Assembly (NCBI GenBank): GCA_051530055.1
Contig: CM121342.1
Location: 1,026,797-1,090,796 of the forward strand
Origin: Neoechinorhynchus agilis
Lineage: Eukaryota > Animalia > Acanthocephala
Length of the DNA stretch: 64,000 bases
Reading direction: 5' to 3'
Below, in pieces: positions 13,395-27,009 of this stretch. Position 1 is the first letter of the stretch. Every line of letters begins with the position of its first letter. Below the pieces are notes generated by a model that had not been told where the DNA came from, did not search any database, and was given only the letters and a program-made list of their open reading frames with translations. The translations under genes were made by a program, and so were the position numbers.

Positions 13395-13760
13395 TATCCT
13401 GGGAAACTTAATTGATGAGGGCAGCTTCGAGCAAATCCTCAAACGCAAACAAAGAGGATCCAAATGCAACCTTGCATTTAAGATCTTAAAGGATGCGATT
13501 GGAAACATCGAGATGGATGATTGTGAAGTCGACATACTCAAGGCAACAGAGGCCGATGGAGCACGAGCTAATATCGCAATCGGTTGCTCTCATTGAGATA
13601 CCAATGGTTGCAAGCTTTAGAGAAGCTAAAAGATCTGAATATTGTCCATGGAGATCTAAAACCAGGCAAAATTATGATAGTCAGTTGTGTAAAATTAAAA
13701 AATTCAAATTCATTGATTTTTGCCTGGCCGTAAATATGAAAACGGAGTTTGTGCGAAAAG
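13395..13760 (+). pseudogene. HIPK/DYRK-like (CMGC) protein kinase pseudogene fragment
   Basis: Frameshifted peptides YILGNLIDEGSFEQILKRKQRG..LAFKILKD..EVDIL, LEKLKDLNIVHGDLKP and KFIDF; internal deletion and stops. Confidence 0.7.
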
Positions 13761-14506
13761 CTTAAGTGGCATTTGTATTCTAAAAGGCTGAAGCCTAAAT
13801 TTGAGTATTAATTTCCATCTGCTTTTATTTTCAAAATATTAGAAATCGAACTTTCTTCCAAACGCAACAATAAATTAGAGTTTAAGAATATTTAGAAGCG
13901 ATTTAATTGAATGAAAGGAATCTACATATTGGGAAGTGTTCTTGTCGATATCCAAAACGCTAATCGAAATAATTCCTTGTGGTTTACAAATCTAATCACC
14001 TTTAGAATTCACTTTATTTGGCTATAACCTTTATGGATTCCAATATCGTATTGCCTAAAGTCACGTTACAAATTTCAGTTAAAGGCATGAGCAGCGAATG
14101 ACCTTGTAAATACTCAGCGAGCTAAAACGCTAAATGATATTTTGCGGTATCACAAATATAATAAAGCATAAATCTCAGAAAATCTTTAAAACGTAATTGC
14201 AAACTTGCTCATCTCCTTGCATTACAGTCCTTCTATTTTTATTTATACCTCCGTAAGAATATTTCGTATAAATTATGTAAAATGATACTATTTCTTAGGC
14301 TTTAAAGAGTTGGTTTACTTTATCTTCGTGAATTTCTTCATCAAAGCGTTCGTTTAAGCCCCATAACAAGGTGGGCATTATAATTAAATTGACTAAAATT
14401 TTATCTTGGTTCTAAAAGCATCTCTTTAGTGAAGTTGAGAAATTTAAATAAAAATGCCACTATCTGATAAAACAAGCGGATCGTAGCAAATAAAATGCGA
14501 GTGCTA

Positions 14507-15045
14507 GCTCAATTTTGAGAGATTGATAGTCATGTCGTTGTGCAGATTAAACACTAAATTGTGAAAGGACCTTGTTATTGATGGCTACTGTCTTCTAATA
14601 ATATGAAGGCACCGTTGAAAATATGGCGACCATAGGTGATGTTGTAACTTGGTTTGATTTGTCGGGTCTTCGCAATTCTTAAATCATGCTTTCGCAATAT
14701 TTTCTCAAAGCGTTTATGGATTCGAGGGATTTCAATTTATCAATTCTCCGGATTGATTGCATGTGAGAAGAGCTATTATGTTTCGTACTTATTTTCGAAG
14801 TTCAAATTACAGCTCATTTCTCTGTTAAGCTTACTTTTGAGAGATTGATAATCATGTCGTTGTGCGGATTAAACACTAAATTGTGACAGGACTTTGTTAT
14901 TCATGGCTACTGTCTTCTCATAATATGGGAACACCCAAGGTGATGTTGCAACTTGGGTTGATTCGTCGGGTCGTCGATAGACTTAACTCATGCTTTCGCA
15001 ATATTTCCTAAAAATGTTTATGGATTCGAGGGGTTTCAATTTATC
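14507..15045. repeat. Local direct duplication (~14507-14745 repeated at ~14832-15045)
   Basis: TTTTGAGAGATTGATA.TCATGTCGTTGTGC.GATTAAACACTAAATTGTGA... occurs twice about 325 bp apart. Confidence 0.85.
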
Positions 15046-15699
15046 TCTTCTCCTTATTCACATGTTATCTCTTCTTTTACGTGTTTATGCTTTAAATATT
15101 AGAAGACTACGCACCGACTGCCGATGTACTGACTCAAACTTGTGGATTTAGCATTGATTCTAAAGGATATAAATCGAGACATCAGAATTGTCAGTTAAGT
15201 TACGATGTTCAAATATTTATGTTCAATACTTAAAAGGCTTATTAATTCAAAATCAAATGCAATATAGTGGACAAGGAGTCCAGTAGGATGCTTGTTAATT
15301 TAGCAACAAATTTAGTAGTAAAATTAATTAGCGGCTTGTACTTATTTTTTAAGGATTGCCGTTCCAAATTCTACAATGTATAGAACGTCGTAGTACTTTG
15401 AGCAATAAATTTCCGACGTTTAATGAAAGGATCGCTGAAAGTTTTTCCTTTGGACGACAATTCTCATATTGTCGGCTTTGCAAATCTATTGAAAATCAGT
15501 GAAAATTGTTGTGTCCTAAGCAACTTGAAATGATTTTCAGTGCTTTCTCTACAATTCTCTTAATACTTTCGACCATGCAAGTAAAAAACGACGCAAGCTA
15601 ACGAATAAGAACCTTTGCAATCTGCAACGTGTTCTGCGCTTTCAAAGGGCTGAAATTTATGATTTAAAAAATGATTTAAGATGTTTCGTTCAGTAAGTT

Positions 15700-16930
15700 C
15701 AATTTTTTTAACTTTTCTAGGTTTTACAATAATAAAGCACAAAACGTGCAATCACCACCGTCCGCAAAATTGGCGCTTCTCTCCTTCCTCGGCTGCCGCC
15801 ATCACGCTAGCAACATTGCCTCGTTGTACTGCGAGCGAGATATTTTGTCGCAGGAATACACCTGCTCGTGCGTCGCCGGTCGTTTCTCTCAATTTCTTCT
15901 AAAGATCCTGGAGCAGAGTGAGTGCCGAGCTGCCAAGCGCTCCATACGTCTCAACCCCGAAGGGGATTAAATCTGTATCTCCAGCGATTTCGAGAGAGTA
16001 GGGAATGTTGCTTACTGTGAAAGTGCCCACAAACGTTGCGTCCCAGAGAAGGCATTGCCCTCCCGCCACGGAAAGACCGAAATTCCGTCGACAAAGATGG
16101 GCGGGTTCCAAGATGTTGGGGAAGTTCGCCGTTCTCAACGCCCGAGAAATTACGCTCTGCAAACGAGACCGTGTGGGGCGTGCATATCGGGAGAATAAAT
16201 CATAAGGACACTGCGATCATCGTTACCTCATAAGTGAGAAGAGTTCCCACATATGCCAGAGGAACAGCCTCCAACCACGCTTCCCCATCGCGAGAACCTG
16301 AAAGTAGAGACCTGTGAGCTCTCGCGACGAGAGCTTTGTCCCAGGTCGACTGTCTGAGGCCATTCACGGGGCAATATTCTTCAACTGCCATCACAAAGTC
16401 TTGGTCAAGACAAAACTCTTCCCTCAGAATTTTCGTCGCTATTGGTTGACTCCCCTCATACGATCCAAGGAAGGCTGGCAAGGCAAGGTCTACTAGCGCC
16501 CGAATGCCCAATCCCCAGATGACATAGGCAATGAAGTTTGTTGCCACGCCTCATCTGGGAGCTGGACATTTAAAATACGCTTGAGACAAGCCCTCACCTT
16601 GTCGTCGAGCTTAGCCAATCCTTCCTTATGTTTGAAGAATGTTGTTGTGCGGACTTTATATAACAATTTCGGGATAAAGAGTGCGTTATTTATCAGAAAT
16701 AACGCTTCGTGAGCCGAGAGAGCGCTCACCCTATCGCACAGCAACGAAAGTTTCGGTAGCGGCGTGTATATCGGGAGACCAAGCCTTAAGGACACTGTGA
16801 TCCTCGTTACCTCATCAGTGAGAAGAGTTCCCACAGATGCCAGAGGAACAGCCTCCAACCACGCCCCGATTCTCGTGTCGAAACTGCCAGCAATCTAGCT
16901 CAGACGACCCAATTGCGAGAACCTGAAAGT
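15700..16930 (-). mobile_element. CRE-like REL non-LTR element, second subfamily, internally rearranged
   Basis: WLEAVPLAYVGTLL, CLLWDATFVGTF, LIPFGVETYGALG, QRGNVASVMAA; 16205-16285 is duplicated at 16787-16865. Confidence 0.8.
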
Positions 16931-17901
16931 AGGGAGCGTTCAATTAAACTACTTGGTGCGAATACCTTAAAGTGCGTACAATTTTGCCATTTTACGCTAC
17001 AGAAATCAGTACTCTTTCTCCAGAAAATAGACTTTGTACGAGGACGAAATGTCCTCCTAAAAGACTTCATATGCCACAGGAAGGCAACGTTATTCACAAA
17101 TTTCCGGTAGAATGAAAGGAAAATTACTTGAAAGATTTAAATTAGGAGGGAACGTCGTCTTTTGTTCTTGCGAAAAGCCATGAGATTTATTTTGAATGAT
17201 TACATCTGAGGATGCAAGCAGAGCTGTACTTTAATTTCTGCCTTTTAAAGTCAAATGTTGACTGAAATCTAAATTATATTCTCTAGAAATATAATTTGTT
17301 GTCGATGGAGCCATTTTAATGAATGCAAAATTTTTGTCGTATTGATAATGTTGTGTTATTCGCTTGGTAATAAATGATGTTGAATTTATGACATAATTTT
17401 TTGAATGTTACAGTAGTCGATTATTGGATTTTCATTACGCAACCAAAAAGGCAAACGTCGTAATCATTGAATTTTCGGTTTGCTGTCGATGACTTCAAGA
17501 ACAATTTATAAATGATTGCGATGTAGATGTCTCGCTACAATGCGTGCTGCGGAGTTTTTAAATTCGATGACCCGTCATGCTTTCTACTCTAGACTATCTT
17601 TGCCATTTCGAACCGCAGTTTTAAGAAAAGATTCACACGAGTTTAAAGTTGGTCATTACATTTCCCTTCCTAAAATGCATCAATGCAACGTTTACTTTTA
17701 TTAGAAAAGCGAGGGAAAGTACTTTTTACTATTTTGTTTTCCTAATCTTAAATCTTACACGATTTGTGACTTCTAAATTCACTATGGATCATGTTAGTCT
17801 GTGTTTTAATATTTTTAACCGCCCTCGAAACGAAAGTGAGAGTGTGACGCATCAATTACTCAGGATATTTAAAACTTTCATCATTTGAAAGAAGTTCGCC
17901 G

Positions 17902-18588
17902 ATGTTTTCGTTTGAGCGCCTCGTTTTTTCCGTGATTTATATTTACCAAATTGTCTTCACCTTGTACATTTTAATTCACCGAAAGGCTCGACCGATTGTG
18001 TTCCTACTTTACACTATCCTTCCAGTTCAAATCCTTTTGAATTGGATAGACGCATCTGCAGAAATCAAACCGGCTGAATTAAAGTCCCCAAGATCACATG
18101 AATGCAGAATCTGCAAGGTTAATATTCAAAAAAGATCGCACCATTGCTTTTTCATTGGTCGCTGCATTGGGCAGGACAATCAGGCTGCATTTATCAAGAC
18201 GATGATTTGGGTTTCGATCGGAATCGCATTTGCAAGTTGGGAACAAATTACATTTCTAATTGACGCGGGCATCTTCATTCTAAATATTTATAGTAATATC
18301 ATCCCGTTATTCATATGGTTGAAATGGATCCTCGGAGAATTCACATTTATGGTTGCACTTGCGAATTCGTCCATAATTGAAAGTTTATTATTATGCGCAT
18401 TCGCAATTGTCACGGCTTCAGCTCAATTATTCTTGGTATGGAAAGATCAAACCGAATACGAATTTACACACGAAATTCCTGGGCCTTTAAGCAACAAGCC
18501 GATATTGGCCAGGCTCCGATCAGTGTTCGGTGATCGTTTATTGAAGGGTATAACACTTCCATATTGTACTTTCCGTACTCGGGAATAA
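17902..18588 (+). CDS. DHHC-family palmitoyltransferase (ZDHHC22/24-like), uninterrupted
   Basis: 228 aa ORF with Cys-rich PRSHECRICKVNIQKRSHHCFFIGRCIGQDN and flanking hydrophobic helices. Confidence 0.85.
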   Translation: MFSFERLVFSVIYIYQIVFTLYILIHRKARPIVFLLYTILPVQILLNWIDASAEIKPAELKSPRSHECRICKVNIQKRSHHCFFIGRCIGQDNQAAFIKTMIWVSIGIAFASWEQITFLIDAGIFILNIYSNIIPLFIWLKWILGEFTFMVALANSSIIESLLLCAFAIVTASAQLFLVWKDQTEYEFTHEIPGPLSNKPILARLRSVFGDRLLKGITLPYCTFRTRE

Positions 18589-19944
18589 ATCATTTTATCT
18601 GATTGCTTCTATTTAAAAGTGGTAAGCCGGGTCGTTTTGCGCATAAAGCCACAATTAGCTTTATTTCCTTCCATTGTGTTGGACGATGTGTAAGGCCTCC
18701 AAAACAAGCCGTCTTTTTAAGTTTTGCTCTATTGCTATAAAGTTGGTGCCACCAAGGGCAGATGAATGGTCAGAGTTAGCGGGGAGAGGAAGTTTGGAGG
18801 TGATTTATTGCCTCTAGCTCGACGTTATCTCAAGAAATACTTCGTTTTAAATGAACCTTCAACGGATGATCGAGACGCACAACGACCACGGCATCCCGGG
18901 AAATTCTTCTATAACCCAACGATAGGATGGGGTGTACAACATTTACGGTATAACGAGAAATCCTTCGTTTCAGAGAATCCCTTCACCCCAACTAAGGATT
19001 GGGATGCCGCACGAATACGGCATCCCGAGAAATCCGGAGTTATATTTGTCGCTTCTATGAAACTTTCAAAGCTAAGGTTGATTTTAATAAATTGATCAAA
19101 AGTTGTCATAGCGAATAAGTCATTCGACTGCAAACAATTTGTTTTCTTCTTCTATTCGCAAATATTTTGCTTTATTGATACGCGAGTGTAACGGTGAAGA
19201 GTTAATCAGTTTTATAATATCTTCTACAATCCGAGGCCATCTTCCTAACGGACGGTATTTCTAGTGGATAATTTTGAGCGTAACTATATAAAGTCCTTTG
19301 AAACTTCAAGTATATTTGAATACTTCTGACGGAGTGATATTTGACCTTTATTTAGAGTACTTTCAAAAAAAGGTTAAATCCAAGGATAGGAATAGCTGTA
19401 GTCATACAGGAGGAATGTTCTTGAGAGAAAGCATCGCCTAAGAGGGTTTCGAGTGAAAAATAGATTTTCTGTATAAATAGAGATTCTACGAGAACAATTT
19501 GATTAATGCGAAAATGTGTTGATCTCTCTTATTCCAGGCGGTTGAGGGAGGCTCATCCGACACGTTGAGGAGGAGTGGAGGGAGAAATGAGTATTGTGCA
19601 ATGGCCTGTACAAACTCTGTCTTAAAATGGCTAACAAAATGTAATAATACAACCAAACACAAAGCGGGTATAATAGCAGAATAACTAGGTTCAAAACGCC
19701 TTTATTAAAAAATAATCTACTGAGTGAAGACTTAAACAATAATTGTAATCATATAATCCGGTACCTCCTTGCATATCGACATTTTGATATTGAGGCAGTT
19801 TTTGAACACGAGATGTGAGTTGTGGCGGATAAGAAGTTTTACAAACTGGACGAGGTCAAGTAGAGATATTGGTCTAGAAATAATATTGAAATCATCAATA
19901 ATGATGATATGTTCAACACCAGAGAGTGTATATTCATTATATGC

Positions 19945-20700
19945 AAAATTGCGTTCATTCCGTCTAGAGCCAATCGTTTCTCCAATAATTACGATATGCA
20001 AATTATTGCTGTAATGTGAATCTCAGCATAAATTGCTTGTTTCATCATTCGAGGATAATGGAATTTTCGATGCGTGACTATCCTTTTTGCGATACCAACT
20101 GAAATCCGTGATCTGATTAACTTTGAAAAACGAATTCAGAAACGACCGATAATCCGATGGTCTGCCTTGTGTCATCTTAATCTTACGAGTATGATCAATA
20201 GAATTCAATCCCCTCTCCATGTCACCGACCTCAAAATCCCCTCTTTAAGTGAATCGCAACTCATCCAAAAATAGTGCAGATAAATTTGGCTAGACGCCAA
20301 ATGTGGGAACATGGGCTGCTTTTCCACATATCATCGAGGAAAATCTTTGCCGAGACGGAAAAAAAGACTGTCACTCTAAAAACTAGACTGAAGACGGCCT
20401 ACGCGATGCCGAAAATTATCAAATAAAGCGATCCAAGGAGGAAACGCAGCGATTGTGGTCGCGACCACTGAGGGGAGAGCGATGCCTCTTCTTCGTGGGC
20501 GGTGGTGATTGTTGGAACGTTTTGTTGTTGTGTGTTTGTTTCGTTTGTTTGAAAACAAAGCGTCAATTATAAAAAAAGATATAATTTTTTTTTATTATAA
20601 TTCGCTATCAAAAGGTAAATTAAGTTCTCTACATTCCGCAAATTTGAATTCGTTCTCTGAAGCAGTGGGCAAATCGCCAATATTTAACCAGATAGCCTCT
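19945..20700. repeat. Right arm of the inverted duplication (partner 1-756)
   Basis: Reverse complement of the window start. Confidence 0.95.
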
Positions 20701-20789
20701 CCTCATCAGTCATTATTAAAGTATTGAGAACTACTAAAGAAAGTTATGCGACTCTTTAACAATTAAAGTTCAACATTAGTATAAAAAAT

Positions 20790-21250
20790 ACGTCATGTAA
20801 AAATAATAAGACAATTCATTCGATGCTACAATTTGTTGTCTTCAAATGTTATGTTTGTTCGGCAGCTTCCTTGATGGCCGCGGCATTGCCGCGTTGAATC
20901 GCCGCGCTGATTCGCTGCAATAGGAAGCTCCTGGATCGCATATCGCTGGTGGCATGTTTTAGCATCCCTCCCAGTCGTGAGAGGAAATAATCGGCTTCTT
21001 TTCCGAGACATCCAAGTGTTTCCACCGCAATCGGGATGAAAATATATTGATGCCCATCGAGCGAGGAATACTTCTGCCGCTTCTTTTCCACGCTGAAGCT
21101 GGCGACTGCTCCCGCCTTTGAGGTGGCATCCCGTAAGTGGGATGATGCGAGCGTGTTGGAGCAGGTAAAATCCCAAACCAGTATTTTCCCGGAGCACCAT
21201 GGGAGGAGAGTCTCTCCATCAGGGCGTTTACCGTCGTTCCGGGAGAGTCC
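20790..21250 (-). mobile_element. 3' fragment of a CRE-like REL non-LTR element
   Basis: YIFIPIAVETLGCLG..MRSRSFLLQRISAAIQRGNAAAI in ORF 20849..21091. Confidence 0.85.
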
Positions 21251-21879
21251 AACTGAATGTTTTTTTAAATTCTTTCGTGTAAAGTTATACAGAATTCACG
21301 TATACCCGCTTATTGCCGTCGACGAAATTATAGCATTCGCTCTGCCGTTGAATTGAAAGAGGTGGATTGAGCGTCTTGTGTATTTGTGAGCATTTTTGAA
21401 CTTTGGAGATGTTCGTTTTAGTTGCACTTTTGCCTATAATTCACTGATATGTTGTTTTGCTTTTTCCCTTTATATCATTAAGGTGGCGTTTTCGAAGTTC
21501 TGTAATTGATGTTGGCGTCATTTTTAAAATATCAGAACGGAGAGTTCCTATATCTAATTAAAACGCTTGCATTTCAGAGATATATTTTTTATTCATAACT
21601 CATCACTTGGCAGATTGACCGAACGACAAGTTTTTTAACCATATTTGCAAATTGTCCAGTTTATTCAATTCGGAACCCCCACTTTCGGAACTCGGGTTAT
21701 TCTGAGCTTCTATTAGAGAGAATTTTTTATTTTTCGTCCAAATTAATGCTAGTCGCATCCTTACATTTTCCTATTAATCATTGCTTCGATATGGAAGAAA
21801 ATACTTCACCGACGTCACTTTGTCAATCCAGTAATCCATAAAATCGGTTGATCTCACTACCGAAAGATTGAAATTTTAG

Positions 21880-24380
21880 AATGAAATTAGAGTGGCAGAA
21901 TACTAAAAAACGAGGAGCGAGCAATTTGTCTATTTGAAGAACAGCTTCAATGTGAGCATCGACGTATTCCCATTTGTCAGCGAGTAGCTGCTAATCTACG
22001 AAATCGGTGAATATAATTTAATGGTTTTCAAACTTACACGAACAACGATTGGAACGTTTTCTCTATTGATGGGGAATCCCACACTATAATTCTTCAACTC
22101 GAGACTGACCGCTCTTTGTCGGTTCAGTTCATCGCAAATTCTATTGTGAAGTTCAAAAACGTATAATTGAACAACAGCGAAGGTGAATTGACTGAAGCAC
22201 AGAATTCGCATAGTGAACTTATATTGCACTTAAAACTAGTACTTGCGTTATTTATTTTTTAAGGGAAGGCAGGTCGCTTTTATTTGCTTGCCATTTTGAA
22301 AAATAAACACAAACAATGTCGAAAAAAATCTGTTACGCTTTCTAAAGTAAGATCGATTCGACCACAGAAGCTTATATTTTGCACCAATGATGGCAATGAT
22401 AATTGTTGCTTTTAAACTATTGAAAATACGAAATTCTTTAATGTCTACTGACAAGCCGATTATATTGATTCAGTGTTTTTGGAACATCCCTTAATCGGCT
22501 TATTTTCCCTTTTAGGCACAAGATATTCTAAAAATCCTGAATAACCGGCTTGCCAAGAAGCATAAAAGAATTCAACACTTATCGCGAGGTATAAAACTGG
22601 CTTAGTTTGTACATTCCGTAGTTGTTCCGAGATGGTCTAGTGGACTTCAGCTCCGAATCCCTGCTTCAGGGTCAAAGAGTTCAAATCCACGATCGCCTTC
22701 GATAACAATTTTCCTAAAGCGCAACCAATTTATTTTTCGATATTATTTGTGTTTATTCTCGAAAATGACAAGCAAATAAAAGAGACCCGATTTCCTTAAA
22801 AAATTGATGCTGCAAGTACTTGTTTTAGGCTCAATATAATCCAATTGTGTATTTTTTATCTTAAATCGCATGTACTCACCTCGAAAGGACAGGGTCAACC
22901 CTCTTATGGAGCCAGTGGGCGATCTCAAACCCTGACCCTGCCCTTACCGCAGCCTCGCAACCGCCGTGGAACCCAGCGACTAGTGGACTTGAAACAGCGA
23001 CATATCGAGCGCGTTCTGAACGCGCACCACTAGGCCACTGGGCCCAATTATGTAAGTACCACGCTTGAGTCAATTCACTTTCGCCTTTGTTCAATGTTAC
23101 ATTTTTGAACTCCACAACACAATTTGGGATGGACTTAGGCGAGGAAGTTCGGCCATTCTGGAGTTGCAAAATTACAGTGTACCCGAATAAAATTCCTGCA
23201 GACGTTCTTTGTTTTGTATTCGGTGTTATGTTTCTGTAGCTCAAAAGGAATTGATCGCGCATTCTTATTTCGATCGCTGCTGATTTACCACCGATGCCAG
23301 CAATTTTCATACTCTCAAACTGAAAAAGCGGACCGTGTTTTAAATTCCAAGCATTCGGTCATTTATGCTAAACGTATTGTAATATTTTTGCATCGAATTT
23401 AATTTTCTTTTTCAGATATTTTAGCTCATTAAGTAATCTAAACACAGAATATTTATATGTAAAAACTATCTAACTTTCCATGTATCTCAAAAATCAACTG
23501 ATCTCTTTTACAACTTTTGCTATGAAACTTCCCTAATGTTATAAACAGTGCGATGGGTATTCATTTAATGATCTGCCTGTATTAAACTTAGAGAATATCC
23601 TTAAACAAAATCGATTAGAAAGCGAATAAGCACTCTTAACGTACATGCGTGATTGTGTTGATCCTTGATGTATGTGTAAGCTAAAAAATAAAGATCCAAG
23701 CAGATTAGTATTTTATCGCAGTTTTTTAATCCAAAGAGGACGATGATTTAAAAAGATATATCGCCGATATTAGAAAGGGAGTGAAAACAGTGGGGATTTA
23801 TGTTCGATTGTAACGGGACGCTTATTTTTCGTATCCAGCGATTTGTCGACACTTATTTGATGATTTAAACAATGGATTAAGTTTAGCAATCGAGGATTCA
23901 CGTCTCATATTAACAAATCTGAATAAATATTTTATTTGGTTAAATTTTATAAAATTCTTTATCTCCTCATCTGGCAAATGTATCCGTTTTCCGTTGGAGT
24001 TGGAAGATGAGCAGATGGATGAAATTGACGTGCCAGAATCCTGACAAAACGAGGTTCGAACAATCTGTCTGGTTGAAGAACAGCTTCGATGCGAGCATCA
24101 ACATATTCCCATTTGTCAGCGAGTAGCTAATCGATGAAATCGGTAAAAGAATTTAATGTTTTTTAAACTTACCCGAACAACGATGGGAACTTTTTCTCTA
24201 TTGATGGGGAATCCAACATTATAATCCTTCAACTCAAGACTGACCGTTCTTTGTCGTCTAAGTTCATCGCAAATTCTATTGTGAAGTTCAAAAACGTATA
24301 ATTGAACAACAGCGAAGGTGAATTGACTGAGGCACGGAATTGGCATAGTGAACTTATATTGCGCTTAAAACTAGTACTTG
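21880..24380. pseudogene. Three degenerate paralogous copies of an unidentified coding sequence (~21880-22260 +, 22876-23310 -, ~23980-24380 +)
   Basis: 21.9k and 24.0k are direct repeats; their + frame ILQLETDRSLSVQFIANSIVKFKNV matches ILQLQNGRTSSPKSIPNCVVEFKNV of the minus ORF 22876..23310. Confidence 0.6.
22605..22700 (+). mobile_element. SINE head (tRNA-like part only)
   Basis: TTTGTACATTCCGTAGTTGTTCCGAGATGGTCTAGTGGAC...GAGTTCAAATCCACGATCGCC matches the SINE 5' region. Confidence 0.8.
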
Positions 24381-24547
24381 CATTATCCATTTATTGAAGG
24401 AAAGGAGGTTGATTTTATTGATTTGTTATTTTCGAAAATAAAAACAAATAATATAGAACAATAATTTATTACGCTTTAGGAATAATGTTATCGAAATGTT
24501 GCACGTCAATAATCACGATACTTCTAAACGATAAAAATGTCAACATT

Positions 24548-24930
24548 TTAGAATTTAACAAAATGTACTATATTTTTTATTTGTTTAAAGGCAAAATATA
24601 TCATTGTCCTCATTTCTATAAAATGTAATCTCCTGTGGTTGATTTGATGGCGCACTTCGGTGGACAATCTGGAAATCCATTCTCGATCGTCGCAGCCAAT
24701 TGTTTCTCCGATAATGATGATGCGCAAACCAGTGCTGCCTGTGCATCTCAGCATAAGTTGCCTGTTTCACCATTTAAGGATGATGGTAATCTCGATCTGA
24801 AATCCTTGACCTTATTTACTTTGGAACAGAAATTGAGAAACGACAGATAATCCGATAGTTCATCTCGCGTCATCTTAATCCCACCAGTGGAGGATAAAAA
24901 GCATAAATCTGGCTCATGCGCAAGTGCCAC
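24548..24930 (-). pseudogene. Diverged paralogue of the sequence in the 1-756 / 19732-20700 repeats (unknown gene family)
   Basis: GATTAAGATGAC...TATGCTGAGAT...ATTATCGGAGAAACAATTGGCT aligns to 518-735; shared peptide IIIGETIG. Confidence 0.65.
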
Positions 24931-25229
24931 TCAGAAATCGCTAGTTGATTACACCGAAGTAGTAAAGACAAGAGAAAGTGACTTAGAGAAAATCAGTACT
25001 CAGCACGCACAGCTATCGATGGAATGTCAGTGCAATTACGAGCAATACGAAAAATATCATAGATTCGATATGAGTAATAAAGGCCATTGCATTCATTTCG
25101 TCAATATATACGTTTCTGTGATTGATTGGATCTTAGTTTAGCTTAGTTGATTTTTCTTCAAAGTCTAATTTTATTATTTAAACAGGACATTTTTTTAAAT
25201 CTTGATTTATCATTTCATTATGCTTAACC

Positions 25230-27003
25230 AGTGGGGGCTCCCGGTCTACGCAACCCTGATCCCTTCCCAAATTTGATCTTCACTGAATTCAAACAGGTTT
25301 TAGATTCCATCAATCAGAACCTCGGCCCGGACTCAAATTACAATCGTTGCTCCACATCAGACATGTCAACTCTCCTGTACTCCCTTAGTTTCGTTGTTCG
25401 AAATCCGTCCTCTCAATATGAACGAGTTCCAGCCTTCTTACTCATAATGGAGTAGATCATTTGATTTGTTTCATCATCAATGAAGTTCACTTTTTCGAAA
25501 CATATAAGCTCTGTGGGCGATTTTTGGTTGTGGTTGTTGTGTGGATGGTACTTCCTGCTTTTGATTCCGCGGTCTATAATCCATTTGGGATATCCCATCA
25601 TTTTTAGCTTCTGGACTATCTTCTCCCTTTCTTTACTCCACGCCCATCGAGTGGATGAGATAAGAGAGGCTCTTCGGAAGTATGAAGAGACCGCCGAGAT
25701 TTTATGCCTTATCGGTTGGTGGGTTGACCAGTGTGGTGGTACGAAAAAGTGAGGTGCTAACTTTGCCTTGCGATGAGCGCTTGACAAGGACGTCCAGGAA
25801 CGAGACCTCACCGTCCATGCCCTCTTCATTGACTGTCCACTGCATGTGTGAATCTTGAATATTCAGATCAGCATCTAGTGAATCTTCGTTGTGGTTTGAA
25901 TCAGTTAGAATGAATGCATCGTCTACATAACGCCAACATCGATTTACATAACTATGAAAATCCAAGAAAGTGGACTCTCAATCCCGCATGTAAATGTCGC
26001 ACAAAGTCGGAGCTAGTGGAGATCCCATGGCTACACCATCTTTTTGATCGTAAAAAGAACCCTCGAATTCGAAGGCTGTCATACTCGTGCACCATTGAAT
26101 TAGGGAATACCACGTACCACGGTCCAAACGTGGTTCACTGCAATTCTTCGATAGTAAATCAGCTGATAGTTCGATCGTTTTGGTCAACGGGACATTGGTG
26201 AAAAGAGCATTAACATCGGCCGTAAACATTCTGTGGAGCTTAACGTTTATTTTCCTGATCTCAATCGCAAACGTAGGTCCATCCTTGATGTGCGAGGCGG
26301 AAGTTGCTACAATCGATCTTAATAAAACATTAATCCATTCGGATAGGTGATGGTTGAACGACATGTAACTGGCTATAATTGGACGGTACTGCATGATTGG
26401 CTTGTGAATCTTCGGAAGGAGATATAGAAACGCACACTTAGCCGATGATGATCGCGTCGCGTTGTAAAATTGAAGACTGATCAGAGACCGGTTCAACAAG
26501 TTCCTTAGGAAATCGTTAAATTTAATTTCTCTGCTTCGCATGGGATATTTCGCCAGCCTCACGAATTTGTTAGAGTTAAGAGGATCGATAGCCCCCTTTT
26601 GATAACCTTCCATGTCCACCGCTACTAAAGCGCGTCCTTTGTCAGATTTGCAAATCATTATTGATGCCACATCCTTCACGGACTTCGCGATTGCCATTTC
26701 ATCATTATCATTGCGAACGTTCCGACTACGAGCTTTCCTGTCATAGGCCACAATTGAACTCATCAGATCTGGATGTGGGTTTATGAGCAGCTCTATATCA
26801 CATCGGATTTTAGTCGATGGAATATTATTCTTAATAATATAGTCGGGTCCCTTGTTCAGCAAATTCAGTTGCCTTGGGGAGAAGGTGTGTTTTGATTTAT
26901 TTACGAAGTAGCCGCGCTCTTCCCATGTTTTCGGTCTTAATTGTTCAAGCTTCCGTAAAGGTTCCGTTATTGTCAAGCCTTCTGCACAAGGCAAAGTTAG
27001 CAC
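25230..27003 (-). mobile_element. Penelope-like element RT region
   Basis: 341 aa ORF with YLLPKIHK, RPIIAS, MFTADVNALFTNV, QKDGVAMGSPLAPTLCDIYM; next ORF WRYVDD and FLDVLV. Confidence 0.93.
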
Positions 27004-27009
27004 GTCACT

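Noticed and set aside
18880-19035. GGGATGCCG/CGGCATCCC hairpin with GAAA and a nearby direct repeat, as a hammerhead
   Set aside because: The core reads CTAAGGA rather than CTGANGA, and no stem I or III is evident.
1-20700. Polinton/Maverick suggested by long inverted repeats and ~20 kb size
   Set aside because: No polB, ATPase or capsid ORFs; the integrase present belongs to the Gypsy element.
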